From IMG/VR virus record IMGVR_UViG_3300030106_003405, positions 1-40,939 of that record: a stretch of DNA of 40,939 nt; one strand, written 5' to 3'. The notes below the pieces were generated by a model, which was given only the letters and a program-made list of their open reading frames with translations, ran no database searches and had not been told where the DNA came from. Both the position numbers and the translations under genes were made by a program. The stretch comes from a virus. Lineage: Duplodnaviria; Caudoviricetes. Positions 19,141 through 27,807 of this stretch are shown piece by piece (position 1 is the stretch's first letter; the number at the start of each line of letters is the position of its first letter).

Positions 19141-20030
19141 TATTGAAATTTAACCTTTATTACAGCAAATCCATTTCCTCCAGTAGAACCTGGGCCTTTA
19201 CCTTGGCCACCGCCTCCACCTCCGCCTCCAAGTGCGTTAGTTCCTGGTTGTCCTGTATGTGGGTTAGATGGTCCACTTCCACCTCCACCGTTTCCGCCTG
19301 AAGATGTTCCACCCCAAGATCCGCCGCCACCGCCGCCTGATCTTGTTGTTGATGTAATTTGATCTGATCTTCCATTTCCACCGTTTCCTCCGATACCACC
19401 TGGTCTTGAAGGTCCTGGTTGTCCACCACCTCCTGCTCCTCCACCGCCTGAGCCGTGGTGTGAATATTGTCCTGATCCTCCAGAATTTCCATGTCCATAA
19501 GTTCCAGAGTTTCCTGGTTGAGATGGTTGAGTACCACTACCGCCTCCAAAAGATTGTCCGCCGCCGGATCCTCCACCAGAACCGCCATCATCGGGTCCTT
19601 GGTTCCAACCAGCTCCTCCGCCACCGCCTTTAGCAGTTAACAAAGAACCCATAGTTGAATCTCCTCCAACGCCTCCGCCGTTTCCATTACCACTTCCAGA
19701 TCCTCCGCCAGATCCTACTCCAATAGGATAAGTAGTTTTTTCTACAGTAAGCATAGCGTTACCCATGTCGGCTTGACCTCCACCGCCGCCACCGCCGCCG
19801 TGTTCGCCTCCGCCGCCACCACCAGCGCCAATTAAAACAACATTGACAGCTTTACCGTAAGTACCGTCTGTTCCTAGTTTAGAAACTACGAAAGTTCCGC
19901 CTGAATTGAATGTGTGAATTTTAAAATCTCCAGAAGTAGATACACTACCTCCAGTTGCTTCCATGAAAGGTGGTCCGCCACCGATAAGACTTGGAAATGA
20001 ACCTCCTCCTCTTGATGCTCTAATTGGCAT
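19140..20030 (-). CDS. Glycine-rich (polyglycine-II bundle) tail adhesin / receptor-binding protein
   Basis: ATGG...KIHTFNSGGTF...VVLIGAGGGGG...YPIGVGSGG...TAKGGGGG...GGNGFAVIK: Gly-rich domain framework with short variable loops. Confidence 0.78.
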   Translation of the reverse strand: MPIRASRGGGSFPSLIGGGPPFMEATGGSVSTSGDFKIHTFNSGGTFVVSKLGTDGTYGKAVNVVLIGAGGGGGGEHGGGGGGGGQADMGNAMLTVEKTTYPIGVGSGGGSGSGNGNGGGVGGDSTMGSLLTAKGGGGGAGWNQGPDDGGSGGGSGGGQSFGGGSGTQPSQPGNSGTYGHGNSGGSGQYSHHGSGGGGAGGGGQPGPSRPGGIGGNGGNGRSDQITSTTRSGGGGGGSWGGTSSGGNGGGGSGPSNPHTGQPGTNALGGGGGGGGQGKGPGSTGGNGFAVIKVKFQ

Positions 20031-20038
20031 TTATCCTC

Positions 20039-21118
20039 CTACGCAAATTGTGTTTGAGCTGCAAATACTGTAAATGCAGCATCTCCAGTTTTAAAAACTG
20101 TATAAGTATAAACATCAACACTACTTGAATTTCCACCAGTAGGTGCAGAACCGCCTTGCCATTCTGGAGTTACTCCAGAACCATCTACTTGAACAGCAGA
20201 ATTATAATAAGCAGAACCACCATTAGTTACTAAGTGTACGATAGTTATTGACTCACCAGTATCCATAATTGCGTTTAAAGCATTTGATCCATCGCCTCTA
20301 ATATTTAATGTCCAGTTACCTGAAGCATTAGTTGTGTAATATAAAACAGCTTGTGTTGTTACATCAAAGTTAACAGTTCCTGTTGCTGCAGTTGCAGATA
20401 CAGTTGCTTTTTCAGCAATTTGTTGAATTTTACCACCGCCATTAAATGTTACTCTTCCAGCAACTCCATTTGTAGATAATAATAAATCCGCATTAGCGGT
20501 CGTTGCTGCAACATTTGGAGCAGAACCAGCAATTGACATAGTGTTTGCTGTCGCATTAATATTTGTTCCTGAAACATTTGCTGTTCCAGTAAATGAAGTT
20601 CCAGATACAGCTGCAGTTGCAACAACATTTGTTGCAGCCACGTTTCCAGATGAAGTTACAGATGTAACTGTTACATCACCTAAATCTGCCATAACGTCTG
20701 TAACAGATGATCCATCTGTATAGACAAGTGTTTTTGCACCTTGTTTAAGTACAACACCATTAGCAGCATGTCCTGTATTTGCGAATGTTAAATTGTAAGA
20801 ACCTGTTGTGTTATTGAATACTGTGTAATTTTGTTCGACAGCGTCTGTAAATACATGAATGGCTGCGCCTAACGCACCTGTAAATTCAAGTGTTGCATTG
20901 TGCACTTGATCGTCTGTTGTACTGTCGTCTGTATTACTTGTTGAATTATTTGATGTTAATGTTACGTTTGCAGAACCAGCCACGTTTACAGCTTGAAATC
21001 CTGAAACAGATGCATCAACTCTATTTAGAACATAATTAACTAGATTACCCCAAGTTCCCGAATTTTCTCCAGAAGCTTGTCTTTCTAATTTTAATCTCGA
21101 TGTAAAACTTGATGGCAT
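20039..21118 (-). CDS. Putative tail fibre/structural protein
   Basis: MPSSFTSRLKLE...GENSGTWG N-terminus, T/A/G/N-rich, C-terminal WQGGSAPTG...DVYTYTV...TVFAAQ domain. Confidence 0.7.
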   Translation of the reverse strand: MPSSFTSRLKLERQASGENSGTWGNLVNYVLNRVDASVSGFQAVNVAGSANVTLTSNNSTSNTDDSTTDDQVHNATLEFTGALGAAIHVFTDAVEQNYTVFNNTTGSYNLTFANTGHAANGVVLKQGAKTLVYTDGSSVTDVMADLGDVTVTSVTSSGNVAATNVVATAAVSGTSFTGTANVSGTNINATANTMSIAGSAPNVAATTANADLLLSTNGVAGRVTFNGGGKIQQIAEKATVSATAATGTVNFDVTTQAVLYYTTNASGNWTLNIRGDGSNALNAIMDTGESITIVHLVTNGGSAYYNSAVQVDGSGVTPEWQGGSAPTGGNSSSVDVYTYTVFKTGDAAFTVFAAQTQFA

Positions 21119-21123
21119 ATTGC

Positions 21124-21152
21124 TTTATACTCCATATTTATTTTTTTGTAAA
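21124..21152 (-). promoter_or_regulatory. Sigma70-like promoter immediately upstream of a start codon
   Basis: TTTACA(21147-21152)-N17-TATAAA(21124-21129), 5 nt before the ATG at 21118. Confidence 0.5.
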
Positions 21153-21185
21153 CTATGAAAATAATATATATTTGTAAACATTTGT

Positions 21186-22541
21186 CTAGTGAATATTACT
21201 CCAAGTTTCAGTATTTGTTGGTAAAATTGGATCCCAAAATTTAAGATTTGAAGCTGATATATTAGCTTGATTTCCTACTATTGATAAGAAGTTATTAGTA
21301 TCTAAAGTAATATCTCCTAAAGTAGTAGTAATCGGAATACCTGTTATAGTATGGAATCCTTCTGCTTTTATAGTTACATTATTTGCTGTTATAGTTAATG
21401 CTTCTCCTGTTAAAGCGATTATATTGTTTGTCCCTTGATTTACTATTCCTAAAGAAGTAGTTAAACCTTGACCATCAATATTTAAGAAAGAAGCTAAACC
21501 AACTTGAATATTGTTTACTTCTACATTTGCTTCAAATGTAGGTGTATTAATTGTAATAGAACCTCCAGCATTTACAGCAAATGTATCTACTGTTGCTAAT
21601 GCTAAAGGCTCACCACTAATTGTAATTCTAGCAATACCGTTAGCATCTAGATTATTTAATGTTGTTGTTAATTGTCTACCAGAAATTGTTATAGGAGCAT
21701 TTGCAGTAACACTTACATTGTTTAATGGTATATTTAATGCAGATAAAGCAGTAGTCGAAAATACATTACCATTACCAGTAAATATAAATCCAACAGCTTC
21801 ATTCCATTTACCAGAATTCCATTCTTCTCTACCCCAACCAGAACCAATAGTTAAATCTACATCTGTTTCTAATCCAGTTATATCAAAGAAAGTATCTGGA
21901 GCTTGATTCCATGCAGCAGAAGACCATGAACCTCTAGACCAACCAGTTCTTAATTCTGCTTCAACTGTTATATTACCTTGAGAAACATTTAATTGTTGAC
22001 CTGTTATATATCCTGTAGTTCCAGGATTATTCCAAGGACCTGCTCCCCATTCTGCGTGAGACCAACCAGCATTTATTTGTGCGCCTACTACTGTTGTACC
22101 TTGAGAAATAGTTGCACTTTGTCCTGTTACAGAAAATCCAGAATCATTTTGATTTTGCCAAGAACCGATGTTCCATTTTAATGCGCCCCACGAATCAGCA
22201 GTAACTGAAACACCAGCACCCATACCTGAGTGATTAGTACAATAATAATATAATTGTGATGGTGTGGATGATGTTACAGCTATTTCAGTGTAAGCTCCTG
22301 CATTACCAGGAATTCCATATGTAGTTACACCTGTGGTATATTCGCTTCCTCCTCCATGACCTCCATCTGCTTGTGTAGAAAATCTAAGCGGATGATTTGA
22401 ATTTGAGTTATCAGATTGATCGAAACGATATGTACCAGAAACACCTAAATATGCTGTTGCTTGTTGTACTGAATCTAAAGCGTATTTGTTTCCATATCCA
22501 GTACTTACAACCGTGACAGTAAATGTTCTTGCCAGGGACAT
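21186..22541 (-). CDS. Virion structural protein with N-terminal cupredoxin-like domain and Trp-rich repeats
   Basis: NHPLRF...LYYYCTNHSGMG; four W-x4-W-x4-W repeats; beta-rich C-terminal repeats ending in W..I. Confidence 0.65.
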   Translation of the reverse strand: MSLARTFTVTVVSTGYGNKYALDSVQQATAYLGVSGTYRFDQSDNSNSNHPLRFSTQADGGHGGGSEYTTGVTTYGIPGNAGAYTEIAVTSSTPSQLYYYCTNHSGMGAGVSVTADSWGALKWNIGSWQNQNDSGFSVTGQSATISQGTTVVGAQINAGWSHAEWGAGPWNNPGTTGYITGQQLNVSQGNITVEAELRTGWSRGSWSSAAWNQAPDTFFDITGLETDVDLTIGSGWGREEWNSGKWNEAVGFIFTGNGNVFSTTALSALNIPLNNVSVTANAPITISGRQLTTTLNNLDANGIARITISGEPLALATVDTFAVNAGGSITINTPTFEANVEVNNIQVGLASFLNIDGQGLTTSLGIVNQGTNNIIALTGEALTITANNVTIKAEGFHTITGIPITTTLGDITLDTNNFLSIVGNQANISASNLKFWDPILPTNTETWSNIH

Positions 22542-22555
22542 AAGGATTTACCTCC

Positions 22556-22981
22556 TTATGCTATTCTTATTAAGCCATTAGTTGCGTCAGCGTTTGGAAA
22601 CTGTAACTCAAATGTACCGTTAGTTGAAGTTTTTACACCACCAAAATCTAATACAGCAATAGATGAATTACTATTGTTAGCATTATAAATTAATGCAGCT
22701 TGTGCAGAAATTGTTGCATTTGAAAATGAAACATTATCAGCATCAAAAATTGCTGTTGTTCCATCTGTCGAGATAGCAACATTTGTTAGTGTAGCACCAC
22801 CAGTCGTATAATTTGTTCCACTTGCAGAAATTTCGTTTGCAGTAATATACGCTGTTGTGTTTTGGTTAAGAGTTGCAGTATTGTCGTAAAGTGCGCATTT
22901 TAACGTCTGAGCTTCTAAGTTTCCGCCAGGCGACATTAAATCTTGCTTAAACGACACTGTAATCGCTTGTGATATAGCCAT
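22556..22981 (-). CDS. Conserved virion structural protein
   Basis: SFKQDL...LKCALY...YTTGGATL...ALIYN...VLDFGGVKTSTNGTF; AAGGAGG RBS. Confidence 0.75.
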   Translation of the reverse strand: MAISQAITVSFKQDLMSPGGNLEAQTLKCALYDNTATLNQNTTAYITANEISASGTNYTTGGATLTNVAISTDGTTAIFDADNVSFSNATISAQAALIYNANNSNSSIAVLDFGGVKTSTNGTFELQFPNADATNGLIRIA

Positions 22982-22983
22982 AG

Positions 22984-23643
22984 TTATTGTCCTCCAGTTA
23001 ATGTATTTTCGCCTAGTGGACTACCTGGAAACTTGTAATCAGTTCTTCTTCTTCTACGAGCTTCATTATTTACAGCAGCCACACTCTCCGAATACTTTTG
23101 TTTATATATATTATAATCTTCTATGTTTTTTGTAAAGAGATTTGCTTCAGATAAACTGCCATATAAAAGAGCATCAGAAGCATTTTCAGTATACCAATTA
23201 GTAGTATTAGTATTGGATAATGGATTAATTCTACCTTGGTATCCTAATTCTATGGTATATTCAGCATCTGGAGTTGGAGCTATATACAAAGTATTATCAT
23301 CAAAATTAGAAAAATATCTAGGTGTAGACGTAATAGAGGCATTAGGCCAATATTCTTGAACGTATTCTAAAGGTTTAATTTCTAAAAATTGTCTTTCATT
23401 GTTAACTAAAATGTTAACATAATTTATTAACATTGGTTCAATTGCTGATGGTAAAGTAATAAATCTATCTCCTACACTTGTACTTGAATTTACATTTTGA
23501 TTAAAACCAACAGGGTCTATATCTCTCGATAATTTTTGTTGAGTATTATCTATAAATGTATCTAATTGATTTGTAAAATCAGTTCCAGTATTTTCAGCCC
23601 AAGTTTGTATATCAGTCTTTAGACTTGTGTATGTCATTACCAT
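22984..23643 (-). CDS. Putative head-tail adaptor protein
   Basis: MTYTSLKTDIQTW...PRYF...IAPTPD...DALLYGSL.EA. Confidence 0.7.
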   Translation of the reverse strand: MVMTYTSLKTDIQTWAENTGTDFTNQLDTFIDNTQQKLSRDIDPVGFNQNVNSSTSVGDRFITLPSAIEPMLINYVNILVNNERQFLEIKPLEYVQEYWPNASITSTPRYFSNFDDNTLYIAPTPDAEYTIELGYQGRINPLSNTNTTNWYTENASDALLYGSLSEANLFTKNIEDYNIYKQKYSESVAAVNNEARRRRRTDYKFPGSPLGENTLTGGQ

Positions 23644-24430
23644 TTTTCTTTGCTCCTTCTACTTCAAATTTATTCCATACATTTCCTGCAAATGGATAAG
23701 TTCCATAATGTGTTAGAGGGCTTATAACATCAGCGTATATTTTACCACCTAACTTTTGCCATAATCTGCAAAAAGCATAATCTTCTGATAAATATCTATT
23801 ACTTTTTTCATCAATAATACAGTCAAAAAATGCGTAACAATTATTACTAGAAAACCTTTCATTATTTATTATTTGATCACTTGTATATTTAAGGTTAGAA
23901 AATTCTTTTTTCATTTTATAAAATACTTCTTTTTTAATACACATAAAACCTGTTGCTGCATCTAAAACTTCGGTAAATCCATTTTTTACTTTAATATCTA
24001 ATGGTGTTGCAAAATTTAAATTATAACCTAAAGCTTTTTGTTCTAAATTTTCTTCTCCAGTTTCTTTTATAAATTTTGGTACAGATTTCCAATCTATTGA
24101 TTTTCTAGGATATATACCCGCACAAACATCATATCCAGATTCAATTAATCTAAATACATTTTCAGCTCTAAATCCTATATCGGAATCAATAAATAAAAGA
24201 TGTGTAAATTTTTCTGGTTCTTTTTCATCAAAATCTAAAAACTGAGTAACTAAAGTATTTCTTGCTCTTGTAATTAAGCTTTCATTACCCATAGTATTTA
24301 AATGAATTTGTATTCCTTGATTTGCTGCTTTGGCAGTTGTACTTAATAAACCGTGTAGATAGCCTTCAGTAAGTTGACCGCCATAACAAGGTGTTGCGAT
24401 CATAACACCATATTTTTTTTCTACATTCAT
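23612..24430 (-). CDS. GT-A fold glycosyltransferase-like protein
   Basis: IATPCYGG, ESLITRARN, THLLFIDSDI (DxD), ATGFMCI, YLSEDYAFC, LTHYG. Confidence 0.75.
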   Translation of the reverse strand: MNVEKKYGVMIATPCYGGQLTEGYLHGLLSTTAKAANQGIQIHLNTMGNESLITRARNTLVTQFLDFDEKEPEKFTHLLFIDSDIGFRAENVFRLIESGYDVCAGIYPRKSIDWKSVPKFIKETGEENLEQKALGYNLNFATPLDIKVKNGFTEVLDAATGFMCIKKEVFYKMKKEFSNLKYTSDQIINNERFSSNNCYAFFDCIIDEKSNRYLSEDYAFCRLWQKLGGKIYADVISPLTHYGTYPFAGNVWNKFEVEGAKKNGNDIHKSKD

Positions 24431-24813
24431 GTTGATACTGTAACACTTCCTACAGCAGTTGATAACAAATTTGTGCTTGCTTGTGCTATTCCTATAGCAA
24501 GAACATAACCAGCACTAGGTGGAAAAATTAATTCTATTTGATTTGGCACTCCACCAGTTGAAGATAAATTTGCTTGTGGTCTAGCATTTTCTAAGGATTG
24601 TGCATCAGTAAAATATGTTAAATCTAATTGTGGTTGTTTTGGTTCGAATTCAGATGTATGCACTAATGCACCATTCCATTCAAAAACCATTTCTTGATAG
24701 GGAAACTCTAAACCCGATCTATCAGATATAGCTCTTGCATATTGTCCACCGCTAAATTTATTATGTGGTGCTCTATGTGGTCTTCTTCCTCTATCACCCA
24801 ATTTATTTGACAT
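24427..24813 (-). CDS. Conserved hypothetical protein (head-tail region)
   Basis: AISDRSGLEFPYQEMVFEWNGALVH.SEFEPKQPQL motif. Confidence 0.7.
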   Translation of the reverse strand: MSNKLGDRGRRPHRAPHNKFSGGQYARAISDRSGLEFPYQEMVFEWNGALVHTSEFEPKQPQLDLTYFTDAQSLENARPQANLSSTGGVPNQIELIFPPSAGYVLAIGIAQASTNLLSTAVGSVTVST

Positions 24814-25502
24814 TATGTATAAAATCTATTTGTAGTTGAAGGTAAAATTCTTGTTGATGGAGTATCATCACCAGCAACTAATCTTGTATAAGCTTGTTCG
24901 TAATCTGTTTTTAATTCTAATCTTGTAGCTTGATCTATATTAACTCTTTTTTTAGATAAATAATATGCAAGACCTGCGCACATACATTCAAAAGCTCTAA
25001 ACGGTATATCAAAAGTTTGTTGAGTTCCACTTACTGTAGATGCAGTTACATCTTGTATTTTTCTCATTCTATAATATCTAAGAGTGTAAGCTTGATCTGG
25101 TGCGGGATAAATTTTAATTACAGGTGTACTTAATCTTTGTAAAAAAAATTGAGTTGGTCTTGATTGTAAAGTTTTATTAGAAATTGCTGCATAGTCATTA
25201 AGACCTAATCTAGTCATAGAATACTCTGTTCCATCACTATCTACAATGTTAGCATTTATTATATCTACTAAATCATAATCTAATGTATAAGAAGTTGTAC
25301 CTTGTGATACTGATACATCTTTTAATTCTACTGTCCATTGATTGTAACCTCTGTTAGCCCAATCACTAAACATAATATTTAAACTTCTACGTGCAGAACG
25401 CACGTCATAACCTAAAATAGGATCTCCTCCTATTCTATCGTAAGCTTCTTGTATACAGTCATTAACTGTAAGATTGAAAGTTGCTGTATTCGATGTAGCC
25501 AT
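24813..25502 (-). CDS. Putative head-tail connector/adaptor protein
   Basis: IQEAYDRIG...SARRSLNIMFSDWANRG...RPTQF...YPAPD...AGLAYYLS. Confidence 0.72.
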   Translation of the reverse strand: MATSNTATFNLTVNDCIQEAYDRIGGDPILGYDVRSARRSLNIMFSDWANRGYNQWTVELKDVSVSQGTTSYTLDYDLVDIINANIVDSDGTEYSMTRLGLNDYAAISNKTLQSRPTQFFLQRLSTPVIKIYPAPDQAYTLRYYRMRKIQDVTASTVSGTQQTFDIPFRAFECMCAGLAYYLSKKRVNIDQATRLELKTDYEQAYTRLVAGDDTPSTRILPSTTNRFYT

Positions 25503-25786
25503 TATGCATGAAATGCTGTTAATCCAGCAACGTTTGTTAAAGTTGCTTGAAGATTAGTCGTAAATTTTACACCTTCATCTGGTAAACCAATATTAACTGG
25601 TCCTGATGCTGCACTCGCAGATGTAGATACTGTAAATTTATTTGTACCGCCATCAGCAAAAACAACAGTTCCAGAATTAGCTGTTGGTGTAATAATGAAT
25701 GCTTTCAATCTTGTAGGTCCACCAAATAACTCTTGTGATCCCGAAGTATTAGAAGTAAAAGCTACATTTAAATCCGATCCTGCCAT
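25502..25786 (-). CDS. Small virion protein
   Basis: 94-aa beta-rich ORF with AGGAGG RBS. Confidence 0.7.
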   Translation of the reverse strand: MAGSDLNVAFTSNTSGSQELFGGPTRLKAFIITPTANSGTVVFADGGTNKFTVSTSASAASGPVNIGLPDEGVKFTTNLQATLTNVAGLTAFHA

Positions 25787-25795
25787 AATTTCCTC

Positions 25796-26281
25796 CTATA
25801 ATAAATTACTTTTTGTTAGGTTCTCTATTAATAACGCAATTCTATCTCTTTGGCTAGTAGGTTGTACAAGAAAAGGAGAAACAAAATCTTTTGCTACCAA
25901 TCCAGAAAAATCTTGTGCTTGATTTAATCTTATTTTATCTTTACCAAATACTTTATCAGGTCCTGAGCCACCAAGAGGTTTATTATCACCAAAAGCAGAT
26001 ATTACTTTTTCTATATCAGCTAATTTTTCATCTAATCTTTTTTCTTTGCCTTCTTCTTCTGTTTCTGCGTCTTTTTCTTTTTTTTCTTGTTCTTCAATAA
26101 CTTGGCTAATTTCTTTAGAAGCGTCTGTAGAAGCTTCTTGTTGATCTTTTTCATTTTTTTCAGTAAGTTCGATAAGTTTTTGTAATTCATCATTGCTATC
26201 ATCTTTCTCTTGTGTTGAAGATTCATCAGCTAGTGCATTAGCGTCTTTTTTCAAATTTTCATACATTTCACTTATATTCAT
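25796..26281 (-). CDS. Hypothetical acidic coiled-coil protein
   Basis: 161 aa, GGAGG RBS at about 26286-26290. Confidence 0.65.
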   Translation of the reverse strand: MNISEMYENLKKDANALADESSTQEKDDSNDELQKLIELTEKNEKDQQEASTDASKEISQVIEEQEKKEKDAETEEEGKEKRLDEKLADIEKVISAFGDNKPLGGSGPDKVFGKDKIRLNQAQDFSGLVAKDFVSPFLVQPTSQRDRIALLIENLTKSNLL

Positions 26282-26294
26282 AAAACCTCCAAAG

Positions 26295-26318
26295 AAAGAG
26301 GGCCCTGAGGCCCCCTTT
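26295..26318 (-). terminator. Probable intrinsic terminator after the capsid genes
   Basis: Minus strand AAAGGGGGCC-TCAG-GGCCCTCTTT followed by CTTT. Confidence 0.65.
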
Positions 26319-26327
26319 AATTATTTA

Positions 26328-26804
26328 TTATGATGGTATGTCTCCAGCATCTGCAATCGAATTGTTTTGCATATACATAACAGTAACAGTTGCATTACCA
26401 GTTGTTCCATCACCATCAGTACCAGTAAAGTCAGCTAAAACTTGAATATCGGTTGTACCAATATTTGTTGCTTCAGTGTCTAAAGTACCTCTAGTAGTTC
26501 CTAATGATTTTACACTTGTTGATGGAATAAAAGCATTACCATCGTCAGTTGTTCCAACAATAACTGTGGCAGCGTTTGTATCATTATTAACGGTTGTTAC
26601 ATTTAATATAACATCTACTATTTGTGAATTAGCAGGAATAGTCCCGCAAACTTGATTTAAATGTGAAGCACCAGTTATATCAATTTTAGCAGATTGTGCC
26701 ATTACGACAAAACCAGTGTTTACAACATTTGCACCAAGAGTAGTACCAGTTGTTTGGTTGATCGTTCCCGCTTTTATCGGTCCCGAAAATGTTGTTGTTC
26801 CCAT
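26328..26804 (-). CDS. Putative capsid decoration / minor structural protein
   Basis: MGTTTFSGPIKAG...IPANSQIVDV; directly behind the major capsid gene; AAGGAGG RBS. Confidence 0.7.
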   Translation of the reverse strand: MGTTTFSGPIKAGTINQTTGTTLGANVVNTGFVVMAQSAKIDITGASHLNQVCGTIPANSQIVDVILNVTTVNNDTNAATVIVGTTDDGNAFIPSTSVKSLGTTRGTLDTEATNIGTTDIQVLADFTGTDGDGTTGNATVTVMYMQNNSIADAGDIPS

Positions 26805-26847
26805 AAGTCTATCCTCCTTGATAGTCAGTTTTCACTGTCGTTTGGGT

Positions 26848-26873
26848 AACTAGGCGTATTGCTACGCCTAGTT
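26848..26873 (-). other. Perfect 11-bp hairpin with GCAA tetraloop after the major capsid gene
   Basis: Minus strand AACTAGGCGTA-GCAA-TACGCCTAGTT; no U-tract follows. Confidence 0.7.
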
Positions 26874-26883
26874 GCTTATTTTA

Positions 26884-27795
26884 TTATGCAGCTCCTTCTG
26901 AACCGAAAATAGCTCTCCAGTCTGTGAAACCGAAAGAGTATCTTTCTCTAACTTTGTATCTTAGATTACCAGTTTCAAAATCGCCTTCAACAGCTTTTTT
27001 GATTGGTGCTCTTACAAAGTGTTTCATTCCATCAGGGCAATCAGTCATAATGAAGTATTGATCAGTATCAGTTAGTCTTTGGTTAACGACTACTCCGCCT
27101 GGAATCATACCCATATTTCTCATTGCGTTAATGTCATTGTCTGCAGTTCCTGGTCTTAAATTAGACTTAAGGACTCTTTCAGCAATAAACACTAAGTTAG
27201 GTGGAACAATTAACTTTTGTCCAGTTAGTGCAATAGGTATACCTCTATCATCTTCGGCTTGTGCAATTTGAATTAAAAGTGTCTCTAAAGAAGTTTCACT
27301 TAAATCCGCTGCTGTGCCTAATTTGTTAGAAGCAGTACCACCGCCACCTAGAGGGTGAGAAGCAGACAATAAAGGTTGTCCGTCACCACCAACTTGAGTT
27401 GCGCTAGTTGCATTGTTTAAGATGTTTGCACCTTTTATTTCTTTAGTATGTTGCATTGATCTTGCTAAAGCTCTAGCATATTTTGCACCTAAAGATCCGT
27501 ATAAACCATCTTCTTCAGCTTCTTCTGTAATAGAAAATGCTAAAGCGATTGTTTCATGCACGTATCTAGATACAAATCCTTCTCTGCCAGATTCATAAGA
27601 TATTGCAGCACCTTCAGCTTTTGTTGGTGCAGCACCGAATCCGATCATTTGTACATCTTCTTCGAATGCTTTTTGTGATTGCTCTGTAGAGTAGATTTCT
27701 CTCCATTGTTCTGGATATCTGTCATACTCCATACCAAACACGGTATTTAAACCTAGATTGAGCTGTTTGGTAAATAACGCTCTATTTAAAGCCAT
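26884..27795 (-). CDS. Major capsid protein (Mu gpT-like family)
   Basis: LGLNTVFGMEY...AFEEDV...GFGAAPTKAEG...HETIALAFSITEEA.ED.LY...GDFETGNLRYKVRERYSFG; position after the scaffold; biased codon usage. Confidence 0.88.
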   Translation of the reverse strand: MALNRALFTKQLNLGLNTVFGMEYDRYPEQWREIYSTEQSQKAFEEDVQMIGFGAAPTKAEGAAISYESGREGFVSRYVHETIALAFSITEEAEEDGLYGSLGAKYARALARSMQHTKEIKGANILNNATSATQVGGDGQPLLSASHPLGGGGTASNKLGTAADLSETSLETLLIQIAQAEDDRGIPIALTGQKLIVPPNLVFIAERVLKSNLRPGTADNDINAMRNMGMIPGGVVVNQRLTDTDQYFIMTDCPDGMKHFVRAPIKKAVEGDFETGNLRYKVRERYSFGFTDWRAIFGSEGAA

Positions 27796-27807
27796 AGTTC
27801 AATCTCC

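Noticed and set aside
19160-19624. 154-aa alternative-frame ORF inside the Gly-rich gene
   Set aside because: It is the expected by-product of GGN codon runs (E/V/A/D-rich shifted frame); no independent start signal.
19140-20030. Collagen-like protein as substrate for prolyl hydroxylases
   Set aside because: No sustained Gly-X-Y periodicity; the pattern is polyglycine runs.
26848-26873. Intrinsic terminator after the major capsid gene
   Set aside because: No U-tract follows on the coding strand, so it is reported only as a hairpin.
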